From contig NC_091990.1 in NCBI RefSeq assembly GCF_044704955.1, positions 5,828,001 to 5,892,000 on the forward strand: a DNA stretch of 64,000 nucleotides. Reading direction: 5' to 3'. The notes under the pieces were generated by a model. The model was not told the DNA's origin. It searched no databases and worked only from the letters and a program-made list of their open reading frames with translations. The position numbers were made by a program, and so were the translations under genes. Shown here piece after piece: positions 24,440 to 36,704 of the stretch. Each line of letters starts with the position of its first letter. The first letter of the stretch is position 1. The stretch comes from Pristiophorus japonicus. Taxonomy: Eukaryota.

Positions 24440-24966
24440 TCAGTGAGGAGCAGGCGACGTAAGGCTCTTGCTGCGGCCACATCTCCACGCAGCCTCCCCT
24501 GTGGTTGTGGTCAAACTGCAGTGGCTTCCTCGCCAGGCTCCTCGTCCTCCTCCTGAGGTGGTCCTGCAATCTCCACTGGCAATGCCTGGCCCCTCATGAT
24601 GGCCAAGTTGTGCAGCATGCAGCAAACGACAATGAATTCGGAGACCTGTTGAGGGAAGTATTGAAGGCTGCCTCCAGAGCTGTCCAGACATCGGAAGCGC
24701 TGCTTCAGCACACCAATTGTCTGTTCGATGATGTTCCAGGTGGCTGTATGGGTCTCATTATATCGCTGCTCGACTTCTGTGGCAGGGTTCTGGAGGGGGG
24801 GTCATGAGCCAGGTGGCCAGGCTGTATCCTTTGTCAACTCTGGTCTTGTCTTTGTCACTGAAACATTCATGAGATGAAAGCATCAAGTGTGCTTCCTGGA
24901 TAGCGGGCATTCACTGTGAGGATGCGCTGCGTGTGGTCGCAGACCAGCTGTATGTTATGGGAGTGG
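24440..24966 (-). pseudogene. Harbinger DDE transposase C-terminal fragment
   Basis: HSHNIQLVCDH...ARYPGSTLDAFI; LKQRFRCLD...CCMLHNLAI. Confidence 0.88.
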
Positions 24967-25749
24967 TCTCTGTCATGTATGTAGACCATATATACTAACT
25001 CCCACCAGAGGGCACTGCGGTGGGAGACCTGAGGGTCACCTGCATAGGTGTGCAGGACCCAGTTTAAAAGGCTGCCCACCATGCTTGTATCTCACTCTGG
25101 AGTTACAATAAATGGGACTAAGGTCACAACAGCTCAAGTACAATACTAGACCTCGTGGAGTCATTCATAAGAGTATTAAAGACATAACAACTTATGAAGA
25201 TTGGTTGAGTAGGTTGGGCCTCTACTCATTGAAGTTCAGAAGAATGAGAGATGATCTTATTGAAACATATACGATAATGAGGGGGCTCGACAAGGTGGAT
25301 GCAGAGAGGATGTTTCCACTCATAGAGGAAACTAAAACTGGGGGACATAGTCTTAGAATAAGGGGCCACCCATTTAAAACTGTGATGCGGAGGAATTTCT
25401 TCTCTCAGAGGGTTGTAAATCTGTGGAATTCTCTGCCCAGAGAGCTGTGGAGGCTGGGTCATTGAATATATTTTAGGTGCAGGTAGACAGATTTTTGAGC
25501 GATAAGGGAGTGAAGGGTAACAGGGAGCAGGCGGGGAAGTGGAGCTGAGTCCATGATCAGATCAGCCATGATGTTATTAAATGTGGAGCAGGCTCGAGGG
25601 GCCAAATGGCCGACTCCTGCTCCTATTTCTGATGTTCTTATGTAAATGAATATAATGCCTGAAATTATGTGATGCGTTAGAACACAGATTTTATTGGGGG
25701 TAGGGGAAGGAGAGCAGAGGGGTATACAAATTCATGCAACCTGGTTAAA

Positions 25750-26975
25750 AGTTTAGAAGAATGAGAGGTGATCTCATTGAAACATACCAGATTCTGAGGG
25801 GGATTGACAGGGTAGATGCAGGGAGGATGTTTCCCCCGGGCTGGAGAGTCTAGAACCAGGGGTCACAGTCTCAGGATAAGGGGTCGGCCATTTAGGACTG
25901 AGATGAGGAGGAATTTCTTCACTCAGAGGGTGGTGAATCTTTGGAATTCTCTGCCCCAGAGGGCTGTGGAGGCTCAGTCGTTGAGTATATTCAAGGCTGA
26001 GATCGACAGATTATTGGACTCGAGGAGAATCGAGGGATATGGGGATCGGGTGGGAAAGTGAAGTTGAGAAAAAAAAAGAAAGACTTGCATTTATATAGCG
26101 CCTTTCGCGACCACTGGACGTCTCAAAGCGCTTTACAGCCAATGAAGTACGTTTGGAGTGTAGTCACTGTTGTAATATAGGAAATGCAGTAGCTCCCACA
26201 AACAGCACTGTGATAATGACCAGGTAATCTGTTGCAGTGGTGTTGATTGAGGGATAAATATTGACCAGGACATCGAGGATAACTCCCCTGCTCTTCTTCG
26301 AAATAGTGTCATGGGATCTTTTACATCCACCTGAGAGAGCAGACGGGGCCTCGGATTAATGTCTCAACCGAAAGACGACACCTCCGACAGTGCTGTGCTC
26401 CCTCAGTACTGCCCCTCCCACAGTGCGGCGCTCCCCCAGTACTGCCCCTCCGACAGTGCTGTGCTCCCTCAGTACTGCCCCTCCGACAGTGCAGCGCTCC
26501 CTCAGTATTGCCCCTCCGACAGTGCAGCACTCCCTCAGTACTGCCCCTCTGACAGTGCTGTGCTCCCTCAGTACTGCCCCTCCCACAGTGCGGCGCTCCC
26601 TCAGTGCTGCCCCTCCGACAGTGCGGCCCTCCCTCAGTACTGCCCCTCCGACAGTGCGTTGCTCCCTCAGTACTGCTCTTGACAGAGCAGCGCTCTCTCA
26701 GTACTGCCCCTCCGACAGTGCGGCCCTCCCTCAGTACTGCCCCTCCCACAGTGCGGTGCTCCCTCAGTACTGCCCCTCCCATAGTGCGGTGCTCCCTCAG
26801 TACTGCCCCTCCCACAGTGCGGTGCTCCCTCAGTACTGCCCCTCCCACAGTGCGGTGCTCCCTCAGCACTGGACTGGGAGTGTCAGCCTAGATTTATGTG
26901 CTCATTGAATTGCGGAGCAGGCTCGAGGGGCCATGTGACCTACTCCTGCTCCTATTTCTTATGTTCTAATGTTCA
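25750..26975 (+). mobile_element. CR1 3' fragment interrupted by a SINE
   Basis: ORF2 C-terminus at 25750-26060; 3' hairpin resumes at 26905. Confidence 0.85.
26069..26905 (-). mobile_element. Deu-type SINE with about 15 x 33-bp units (26383-26872)
   Basis: Direct reading. Confidence 0.92.
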
Positions 26976-27351
26976 AAGGAGTAATAGGGTTGCATGACCA
27001 GTTTGTGATACTGCACTATATAAGGAGAAGGCTGTTAACAGAAAGATGGAGTGAAACATTTAAATGTTTTCTACGAAGAATCACATTCAGTTTGGATCAA
27101 GTTAATCCGAGTTGAGTGTGCGATGATATATACACAGCAATACTGCATTAAGGTCAGGTTAACCGATCCTAAACTCAAAGTATGCTGCCATCAGTATTTT
27201 ACTCATCTTTAACTACTCTGTTTTAAGTAATTCGAACCTTCTCCTTGTACAGCACAGGACATATTAACACTGTCCAGTCTCTCCCGATTAAATTGCCAGC
27301 CTGATAGATGGACCCCGTTTTCCTTTGTAGCAGACAATGGCAAGAGATGAA

Positions 27352-28074
27352 GGGGTAGAAATTGACTGAATTGTGGCGTACCCTTCATTTTTATAAGTTT
27401 TTCTCGTCGATATTCGGCACTTTGACGTTTTTTTGGGCTCGAGGTTGAAGTGCCGTGGCAGTAAGTCTGCCTCACTCATCGTGCTGATGTGTCAAAACGT
27501 CTCACACCTTCAGTTAAAGGGGAGGGCCGCTGTGAGCCCTGCATACGTTTAACTTCGGCCCACTGGACCACCAGGGAGGGTTTCGGTCGGGCCAGCGGCC
27601 TGGCACCCAAGAGGGGGTGCGGGGGGGGGGGGCGGTTGCCAGGCTGCCTGTTGGCGGCCCGGCCGAACCCGGGGGCATAATTGTCGACCCGGCATAGCAG
27701 TCGGTCAACAAAAAAAGAAATGACAAGGTGGCCGCGGCAGTGTGCCCTCCCGTTTAAGGGGGGCCGAACCGCCGTGCCACAGAGAGTGCACCGACACAAA
27801 AAGCTGCCGGGGGGCACCGATCGACAAGTGCCGCTCTCGCGGGGCAATACCGGGGAAAGGGGCCTTTTCCCGAGGGGCAATTTCTCGAGGGGGTCCCCGC
27901 CGGTCGGTAAGGGGTCGGTGCGGGCACACCGTGGCGGGAAAATGGGTGCACCGGAGCCGGGCACCGTTCCTAAAACTCATGAACGGCTTTTCAAAATGGC
28001 GGCCCCTCCGCCAGCGAGTTGGCGGCCATTCCGCGCCGCCCCGTGGCCTTATCGGGAGGGGCAATTTCAGCCCC
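27352..28074. mobile_element. Harbinger-type MITE, CpG-rich
   Basis: TIR GGGGTAGAAATTG / CAATTTCAGCCCC. Confidence 0.78.
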
Positions 28075-28145
28075 TCACAATGGTCCAGTTACACTAAACG
28101 AACATGAATCCCAATTTCTGCGAGCTTCACCCTGTTCATACTCAC

Positions 28146-28216
28146 TATTCCGAGGTCCCACCTTTTGTTGGTGAAAACCTCCGCCATTTACACTGTGGAA
28201 AGTTTTGCAAAGAAGT
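28146..28216 (-). other. Candidate 71-bp exon
   Basis: Acceptor gttctttttttag, donor gtgagt, in unique sequence. Confidence 0.35.
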
Positions 28217-28394
28217 CTAAAAAAAAGAACATGGTCACAGATTTAAAAAATATATGCCCCCGAGGCGCCCAACTGCTTCATACAATGCCAGAATGAGCAT
28301 TGTCCTCTGGGTGAAGCTGGGATTCAAACACTTGTCTCCTTGGCATGTTGTCCCATTGTCTTAACCACTTGCCCAACTCAGGATGTCCCCATCT

Positions 28395-29210
28395 TACATA
28401 GTAACATAGAAAATAGGTGCAGGAGTATGCCATTCGGCCCTTCGAGCCTGCACGACCATTCAATAAGATCATGGCTGATCATGAAACTTTAGTACCCCAT
28501 TCCTGCTTTCTCTCCATACCCCTTGATCCCTTTAGCCGTAAGGGCCATATCTAACTCACTTTTGAATATATCTAATGAACTGGCCTCAACAACTTTCTGT
28601 GGTAGAGAATTCCACAGGTTAACAACTCTCTGAGTGAAGAAGTTTCTCCTCATCTCAGTCCTAAATGGCTTACCCCTTATCCTTAGACTGTGACCCCTGG
28701 TTCTGGACTTCCCAGCATTGGGAACATTCTCACTGCCTCTAACCTGTCCAATCCCGTCAGAATTTTGTATGTTTCCATGAGATCCCCTCTCATTCTTCTA
28801 AACTCCAGTGAATACAAGCCCAGTTGACCCAGTCTCTCCTCATATGTCAGTCCTGCCATCCCGGCAATCAGTCTGGTGAACCTTCGCTGCATTCCCTCAA
28901 TTAGGAGATCAAAACTGAACACAATATTCCAGGTGTGGCCTCACCAAGGCCCTGTACAACTGCAGTAAGACCTCCCTGCTCCTATACTCAAATCCTCTAG
29001 CTATGAAGGCCAAGATGCCATTTGCTGCCTTCACCACCTGCTGTACCTGCATGTCAACTTTCAATGACCATGACACCCAGGTCTCGTTGCACCTCCCCTT
29101 TTCCTAATCTGTCACCACTCAGATAATATTCTGCCTTCCTGTATTTGCCACCAAAGTGGATACCCTCACATTTATCCACATTGCACTGCATTTGCCCGCT
29201 CACCTAATCC
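28395..29210 (-). mobile_element. CR1 3' fragment
   Basis: Similar to 439-1300. Confidence 0.93.
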
Positions 29211-29471
29211 AATCATCTTCTCTTATGGTGGTGTAATCTAATTGCTTCCTGGGTTCTTTGCTTAAGAGTTCATAGCAACACTTTGCTATTTAGAAATAGT
29301 TGGTTTATTAGCAAAGGTTTAACAATCAAACTACACATTACCAGTTAATCCACCAGGCTCACAACCACCTGCCCCATCGTGGATCCCCCAAACCCAACTG
29401 GCTGGAGTTTTATTGAGTCTTGTGAGCATCACGTGACTGGCTAAGCCACTCACAATGCAACAGCTCTACAA

Positions 29472-30329
29472 CTCTTTCTGTTGTAAACAAAATAAACAGT
29501 TAAATCAAGTGCCCCCTGATCTGGGGGACACTCCAAACACTTTTCAATGCCCTTTTTTGTTTTTAGTTTTTTGGGGGGTTTTTTGTGCTTTTTTTTTGTG
29601 TTTTTTTTTGGGGCACTAAAACTATAAATTTTACAAGTGCCCCCTGGCTAAAAGGTGGGGGGCACTAAAACCCGGCAATAAAACAAATTTAACTTTAAAA
29701 CATATCAAATCAAATTAAAATTTGGTTGCCAGGGTAATGATGCACTGCAGTCCCTCCGGCGCCCACCGCTTCCTCGCTGGACGGCTCCGGAGAGAACAGA
29801 GCCCCGTAATATTCACGGGCCCTGTTGTTGACGCCCTCCGGATCCGAGACGAGAGAGCCGTCGTCGGCCAGCAGCGTCAAGAGCTGCTTACGGACACCCT
29901 GTCTTTTTTCCAGCGAGTAGAAGAAGGGGGAGCCGCGGTCCAGACCCCGCAGGAACCGGATCCGCGACCTCACGAACGCGCCTCGGGACCCGACGAACTG
30001 CAGGTCCTTCAGCGCGGCCTTCTTCGCTTCGTACACCGTCCGCAGGGCCGGGTCCTGGACGACTTGACCGAGACGGGATTCCAGGTCGAGCACCTCCTTT
30101 TCTAGGCGCCCGACTCTGGCCGCCCGCCTCTTGGTCGACCCCCTCGCGTACTCTTGACAGAAGACGCGGACGTGAGCCTTGCCCACGTCCCACCATAGCC
30201 TCAAGGAGGGGAAGCCCCCCTGCTTCCTTCTCCAGTCGGCCCAGAATCGACGGAACGAGTCCCGGAACCGCACGTCCTCCAGCAGCTGATTGTTAAAGTG
30301 CCAGTACGCGGACCCCGTCCTCGCGCGGA
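29472..30329 (-). mobile_element. Tx1-clade LINE, 5'-truncated and internally deleted
   Basis: YWHFNNQLLED... joined at GAGGAAGCG to the ORF2 end and 3' UTR. Confidence 0.9.
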
Positions 30330-30344
30330 GCAACAGCTCTACAA

Positions 30345-33300
30345 CTCTTTTGGGGAAAACATAATAAATTAAATCAAGTGTCCCCCGATCTGGGGGACAC
30401 TCCAAACACTTTTCACGTGCACTTTTTTGGGGGTTTTTTGGGTGATTTTTGTGGTTTTTTGGGGGGTTTTTTGGGCACTAAAATCATAATTTTTCAAGTG
30501 CCCCCTATAAAAGGGGAGGGGGACACTAAAACAGGCATTTAAAATAAATTAGACTTTAGAACATATAAAATCAAATTAAAATTTGGTTGCCGGGGGTGAT
30601 GATGCACTCCAGTCCCTCCGGCGCCCACCTCTCGGGGAAGGCCGCGAGCGTACCGGTGGACACCGCGTGCTCCATCTCCAAGGACACCCTGGCCCGGATG
30701 TAGGCGCGGAAGAGAGGCAGCCAGTCGGGCTGAATGACCCCCTCGACCGCCCGCTGCCTGGACCGGCTGATGGCCCCCTTGGCCGTGCCCAGGAGCAGTC
30801 CTACGAGGAGGCCCTCGGACCTACCCGCTCCCCTCCGCACAGGGTGCCCAAAGACCAGGAGTGTGGGACTGAAGTGCAACCAGAATTTGAAGAGCAGCCC
30901 CTTCAGATATCGGAAGAGGGGCTGCAACCTCGCACATTCCATAAAAACATGGAACACGGACTCCTCCAGACCGCAGAAATTGCAGGCGGCCTGGGAGCCC
31001 GTGAACCGGCTTAAAAATTTATTGCACGGCACTGCTCCGTGCACCACCCTCCAGGCCAAGTCCCCGATAAATCGTGGGAGGACTCCCGCGTAGAGTGCAC
31101 TCCATTAGGGACCCCCGCCTCCTCCGGACGGCAAGATGGTATGCCATGACGTGTCCGGATGGCAGACGAGGATGGCAAAGTTGAGAGTGTGCAGGAGCAG
31201 CCCGTACAGGAAACCCCTCCGCGCAGAACTGATTTCCCCGAGGCGGCTCAAGTTGTGAGGCGCCGGCCCCCGAGGGAGGTTCCGGGGTTTGGCGCCGATG
31301 AGGAATTCCGTCCGGACGGGGGTCAGTTCGGACGGGATCTCCCCACGTGCTTGAGCCTCCTCGTCGCACCTAACGGAGTCAGGGCCCAGAGCTGTTTTTA
31401 GCGACTCGATGGCATCGGCCGCGCGGCGGACGTCGGCCGAATTTAGGCGCCGTGCCAGCGTGTCTGGCGCCATCCAGCCCGTTCCTCCGCCATCGAGCAG
31501 GTCCCTGACCCTGGTCACCTCACCAGCCACAGCCCTCTCTTCCGACCGCCACATAAAACCTCGGTCGTGGAGGTACGGATTCCCGAGCAGCGGCTCCTGC
31601 AGGACAGCCGCCACTCCAGCCGGTGGAGAGCTGCGCTTGGTGGAGACTTTGTTCCAGACCCTGGTGAGTTCCTTGTAAAAGACAGGCAGCCCCTGGACGG
31701 CGGTCCTGACGCCCCCCGAGCTCACAAACAGGAGCTGCGTGTCGTAGTTGAGGCCGTGCTGCTGGTGGAAGAAATACGTCGCCAGAGCACGCCACCTGGG
31801 AGGGGGCTCGACGTAAAGGTATCCCTGCAGGGTCTGAAGATGGAAAGTCGCGAGCTGGGCGCTGACGCACACCAACGACTGACCGCCCTCCCTCAGCGGG
31901 AGACTCAAGACCGTGGCAGAGACCCAGTGCTTCCTGTTGTTCCAGAAGAAGTCCACCAGCTTCTTCTGTATCTTGGCAACAAACGCAGGGGGAGGGGTCA
32001 AAGTGACCAGCCGGTACCACAGCATAGCGGCCACCAGCTGGTTTATGACTAGCGCTCGACCCCTGTAGGACAGCACTCGGAGCAGTCCTGTCCAGCGCCC
32101 TAGGCGAGCGGCGACCTTGGCCTCCAGTTCCTGCCAGTTCGCCGGCCAGGCTCCCTCGTCGGGGCTAAGGTAGACTCCCAGATAGAGGAGATGGGTCGTG
32201 CTCCAGGCAAAAGGCCTGAGCTCCTCCGGCAGGGAGTCCACCCGCCACTGACCCACCAGGAGTCCGGAACATTTCTCCCAGTTGATCCTGGTGGAGGATG
32301 CGGGCGAGTAAATCTCCTGGCACTCACGCATCCTCCGCAGGTCAGCGGGATCCTCTACCGTGAGGAGCACGTCATCGGCGTAAGCCGAGAGGACGACCTC
32401 CACGCCCGGCCCTTGCAGAGCCAGTCCCGTCAACCTCGTCCGCAAGAGGCGCAGGAAAGGCTCCACGCAAACAGCATATAACTGGCCGGACATGGGGCAT
32501 CCCTGGCGCACCCCTCTCCTAAAGCGAAGGGGCGCCGTCAAGGACCCGTTAACCTTAATCAGACACTCCGCGGCGGCGTACAAAAGTCGGATCCGGGCGA
32601 CGAAATGCGTCCCGAACCCGAAAGCGTGCAGAGTTCCGAGCAGATAGTCGTGATCCACCCTGTCGAACGCCTTCTCTTGGTCGAGAGATAGGAAGGCGAC
32701 CGACAGACCAGCCTCCTGGGAACAATGGATGAGGTCCCGGACCAGATGGATGTTATCGTGGATTGTCCGGCCCGGGACCGTGTAGGACTGGTCGGGGTGG
32801 ATCATGTGGTCCAGCACGGCACCAAGGCGAGCAGACATCGACCTGGCGAAAATTTTGTAGTCCGTGCTGAGGAGGGAGACCGGGCGCCAGTTCTTAAGGA
32901 GGCGGAGATCGCCCTTCTTAGGCAGCAGGACGATGACTGCCCTGCGCCAAGAGAGGGGCATCTCCCCGGTCGCCAGACTTTCCCCCAGGACCCGCGCGTA
33001 GTTGCCCCCCAGGACGTCCAAGAACGCCCTGTGGAACTCCACGGTCAGCCCGTCCAGCCCCGGGGCTTTTCCCCTCGAGAGCCGGTCGAGGGCGCCGGTC
33101 AGCTCCGCCTGGCTTACCGGAGCTTCCAGATTTTCGGCGCCCTCCGGGCCGACCTTCGGCAGGTCCTCCCACAAAACTCTACGCGCTTCCTCGCTGGACG
33201 GCTCCAGAGAGAACAGAGCCCCGTAATATTCACGGGCCCTGTTGCTGACGCCCTCCGGATCCGAGACGAGAGAGCCGTCGTCGGCCAGCAGCGTCAAGAG

Positions 33301-33746
33301 CTGCTTACGGCCACCCTCTCTTTTTTCCAGCGAGTAGAAGAAGGGGGAGCCGCGGTCCAGATCCCGCAGGAACCGGATCCGCGACCTCACGAACGCGCCT
33401 CGGGACCCGACGAGCTGCAGGTCCTTCAGCGCGGCCTTCTTCGCTTCGTACACCGTCCGCAGGGCCGGGTCCTGGACGACTTGACCGAGACGGGACTCTA
33501 GGTCGAGCACCTCTTTTTCTAGGCGCCCGACTCTGGCCGCCCGCCTCTTGGTCGACCCCCTCGCGTACTCTTGACAGAAGACGCGGACATGAGCCTTGCC
33601 CACGTCCCACCATAGCCTCAAGGAGGGGAAGCCCCCCTGCTTCCTTCTCCAGTCGGACCAGAATCGACGGAACGAGTCCTGGAACCGCACGTCCTCCAGC
33701 AGCCGGTTGTTAAAGTGCCAGTACGCGGACCCCGTCCTTACGCGGA
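30345..33746 (-). mobile_element. Tx1-clade (L1 group) LINE, 5'-truncated just after the endonuclease
   Basis: RT and CCHC domains; 3' UTR with GGGGGCACT hairpin repeats. Confidence 0.95.
30571..33745 (-). pseudogene. Tx1 ORF2 (RT + CCHC zinc knuckle) with one in-frame TAA at 31105
   Basis: KNWRPVSLL, LDQEKAFDRV, GVRQGCPMS, AYADD, CNFCGLEESVFHVFMEC. Confidence 0.93.
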
Positions 33747-34079
33747 GCGACAGCTCTACAATCCTGTGGGCATCCTCACAGGTGCATACGCTACGGAAAT
33801 ATTTTGTATTGAGCTGCCTATCTCACCATAATAAAATGAGATTGAAAAATCAGATTTGTTTCAATTCAAAACTGTGGAGTTTTTTTTTTAAATTGTTTTT
33901 GTGCAGTGTCTGATCCCCTCCATCTTTCCCTTCCTGCTATAAGCTGGAGGTTTTGAAGATGTAAGCTTGATGTCACCAAACTAACGCATCTTTATTATTC
34001 AGTTCTTCCTGTCATGCAACGTTTCCTTCCCTGCGGAGCCCGGTCTTTCCCGAGGTCACATACACAAAACACTGCGGAG

Positions 34080-34730
34080 GCTGCAAATCTGAAATAAAAA
34101 CAGACAACGCTGGAAACACTGGGCGGGTCGGGCAGCATCTGTGGGGAGAGAAACAGAGTTAACGTTTCGGGTCGATGACCCTTTATCAGAACTGGAAAAC
34201 GTTAGAGATGTAACAGGTTTTTAAGCAAGTGTCGGGGGCGGGGGGGGGGGGGGGGTGGGGGGAGGGGGAAGGGAGAACATAAGGGAAGGTCTGTGATAGG
34301 GTGGAAGGCAGGAGAGATTAGAGAGACAAAAGGGATGATGGTGCGAGGCAAAAGGAGACGGTAATGGGACAAGTAAAGAAACAAAAGATGAGTCTAGAGA
34401 GGGTGTACATGGGAACGGCAGAATCAGTAACAGCTGCTCTGGGAAAAAATAGGGGCAGAGGTTACGCTCTGAAATTGTTGAACTCGATGTTGAGTCCGGG
34501 AGGCTGTAAAGTGCCCAAACGAAAGATGAGGTGCTGTTCCTCGAGCTTGCGTTGAGCTTCATTGGAACAGTATAGGAGGCCGAGGACGGAGAGGTCAGAG
34601 TGGGAGTGGAGCGGGGAATTAAAGTGACAGGCGCCCGGAAGCTCAGGGTCACACTTACGGACTGAACGGAGGTGCTCCGCAAAGCGCTCACCCAATCTAC
34701 GCTTGGTCTCCCCAATGTAGAGGAGACTGC
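34080..34730 (-). mobile_element. Penelope-like element 3' part: GIY-YIG endonuclease C-terminus and pseudo-LTR
   Basis: LYIGET..RLGERFAEHLRSV...CHFN...RKLEEQHLIFRLGTLQPPGLN. Confidence 0.9.
34157..34193 (-). ncRNA. Minimal type I hammerhead ribozyme motif with a core variant (CUGAUAA)
   Basis: AGTT-CTGATAA-A-GGGTC-ATC-GACCC-GAAA-CGTT-AACT. Confidence 0.75.
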
Positions 34731-35542
34731 TTTATACGATCAGAACTTTTGTCATTCCTGCCTTCCACCCTATCACAGACCTCCCCTTTTGTTCATCCTC
34801 CCCTCCCCACTTTCCCTGCCCCTGCACTTGTTTAAAATTTGTTACATCGCTGACTTTTTCCAGTTCTGACGAAGGGTCATCGGGCCAGATTTTCCACTTT
34901 TTTTTGCATGCTTAACGCCCACTTAATGCTTATTTTAACACTGAAATGACGTATAATGCCCACTTAGCCACAAAATGGAAACTGACGGGCATTTTTCAGA
35001 AACTTATTGCCGAGCGTTACTTTCCCCATGTGCTTAACGCCGGGAAAAAATAATACCGCCCGCTCACTTTTTTTGGGTGGAATCAGCAGAATGGGTGAAA
35101 TCAACCCCATATCGCCCAGTGTTACTTTCCGCACGGATTTAACACCGAGATTCAATAATACCACCCGCCCACTTTCTTTGTCATAAAGAGCATATTTACT
35201 GAAACTAGCGGCCATGAGATCGGCCAGCGTCAGTTTCACCACCTCGCACACATATCGCCCACAATATCGCTCACCCAAAAAAAACGGCGAGAGAAAGTGG
35301 AACTAACCGGGACAAATCACGGCGTTATGGACGCCATGTTGTAGATCACATGTCGTGTCCTTTAAAAGGCTGCTGTGCTTCAACCTCGGCGGAGTTCGAA
35401 TGTACTCTGCAGGTCGTTGGAGTTGATGTGAACATCTGTACAAACATCTTGAGCATACTGTGAACGATTCGAATTGAATAGGTGTCTTCGTCAGGACATT
35501 CATTGTTTGTGACCAATCGGTGGAAAACAGAGAGCTACTGCA

Positions 35543-36704
35543 ATGGGGCCTGTCCTTTCTCACCTTCTCTTGATGACCAATTACATGCAGCAGACTCGAG
35601 ATCACTGAAGGAACGCTGCACTGCATTATGTGCCCTATGTGAGACGTGACAGACTGATGAGGAGGACCAGACATTACACCCCCCGCAAGTACAGGGAGAA
35701 GCATTCTTACCTCGACTTGCCTGACATCACCTGCCTTCGGAGACTGTGCTTCCACAAAGAGGTTATCACTGAGGTATGCCAGCTGATAAGGGGAGATATG
35801 CAGCCTGCCAGCACCATCAGCACTGCACTGTCCATCAAGGTCAAAGTCACTGCGGCACTGTCGTTCTACGCCTCGGGTTCTTTTCAGGCCACAGCTGGCG
35901 ACATTTGCGAACTTTCTCAGCATGTCATACAGCGCTGCATTAGACAGGTCACTGAAGCCCTGTGCGCACATAGGAGGGACTTGGTCAGCTTCCTTATGAC
36001 CAGGGAGGCACAGAGCGAGAGGGCTCTAGGATTCTCCAGAATTTCAAACTTCCCCAAGGTGCAGGGAACAATAGACTGTACGCACATCGTGATGCGAGCA
36101 CCTTTTCAGGATGCAGAGGTTTTCAGGAACCACAAGGAATTCCATTCCCTGAATGTCCAATTCGTTGTCGACCACCAGCAAATTATACTGGCAGTGAGTG
36201 CTCAATTTCCAGGCAGCATTCATGATGCTCACATCCTGCGTGAGAGCACTGTATCTGACTTGTTTAACAATCAGCCACAAGGTCAATGCTGGATGCTTGG
36301 TGACAAAGGATATGGCCTCGCCACCTGGCTGATGACCCCCCCCTGCGTGACACCCACATCGAAGCCGAGAGGCGATACAACGAGAGCCACAGAGCCACTC
36401 GCAATATCGTGGAGAAAACCATTGGAGTGCTTAAACAGCACTTTAGATGCCTGGACCACTCAGGAGGCGAGCTCCAATACCACCCTGAGCAGGTAGCTCA
36501 ATTCGTGGTGGTGTGCTCCATGCTACACAACTTGGCTATCAGGTGGGGACAAGAATTGCCTGATGAGTCTGACAGTCCACCTCACCAGAGAGAGTAAGAG
36601 GAGGATGAGGAGGCTGATGCTGTAGACTGCATGAAAGGGCCAGTGGTGGCATGATAGCTGCAAGAGCCTTATGTCAGGAGCTCATCAACGATCGCTTTGC
36701 CTGA
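35543..36704 (+). pseudogene. Harbinger DDE transposase with stops and a frameshift near 36340
   Basis: GTIDCTHI, FHSLNVQ, PGSIHDAHI, LGDKGY, IGVLKQHFRCL, MLHNLAI. Confidence 0.93.

Larger units (their letters stand above)
23013..25189 (+). mobile_element. Defective Ty3/Gypsy LTR element: LTRs 23013-23250 and 24971-25189, TSD ACTTA
   Basis: TG...CA LTRs, TATAAAA and AATAAA, PBS TGGCGAC at 23253, 5-bp TSD. Confidence 0.93.
22935..25643 (+). mobile_element. CR1 3' fragment split by an LTR element (22935-23012 and 25190-25643)
   Basis: RGLTY|EDWLSRLGLYSL is continuous across the insertion. Confidence 0.9.
29232..33795 (-). mobile_element. Solo LTR (pieces 33747-33795 and 29232-29471) hosting two tandem Tx1 copies
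   Basis: Homologous to the LTR at 61828-63497; AATAAA; ends ...ATTACA. Confidence 0.8.

Noticed and set aside
27476-28107. Clusters of overlapping GC-rich ORFs (also at 13.2, 47.6 and 51.1 kb)
   Set aside because: Stop-poor MITE interiors with no recognisable domains.
35630-36496. Domesticated HARBI1 gene
   Set aside because: Contains stops and a frameshift, and lies between TIRs with a TSD.
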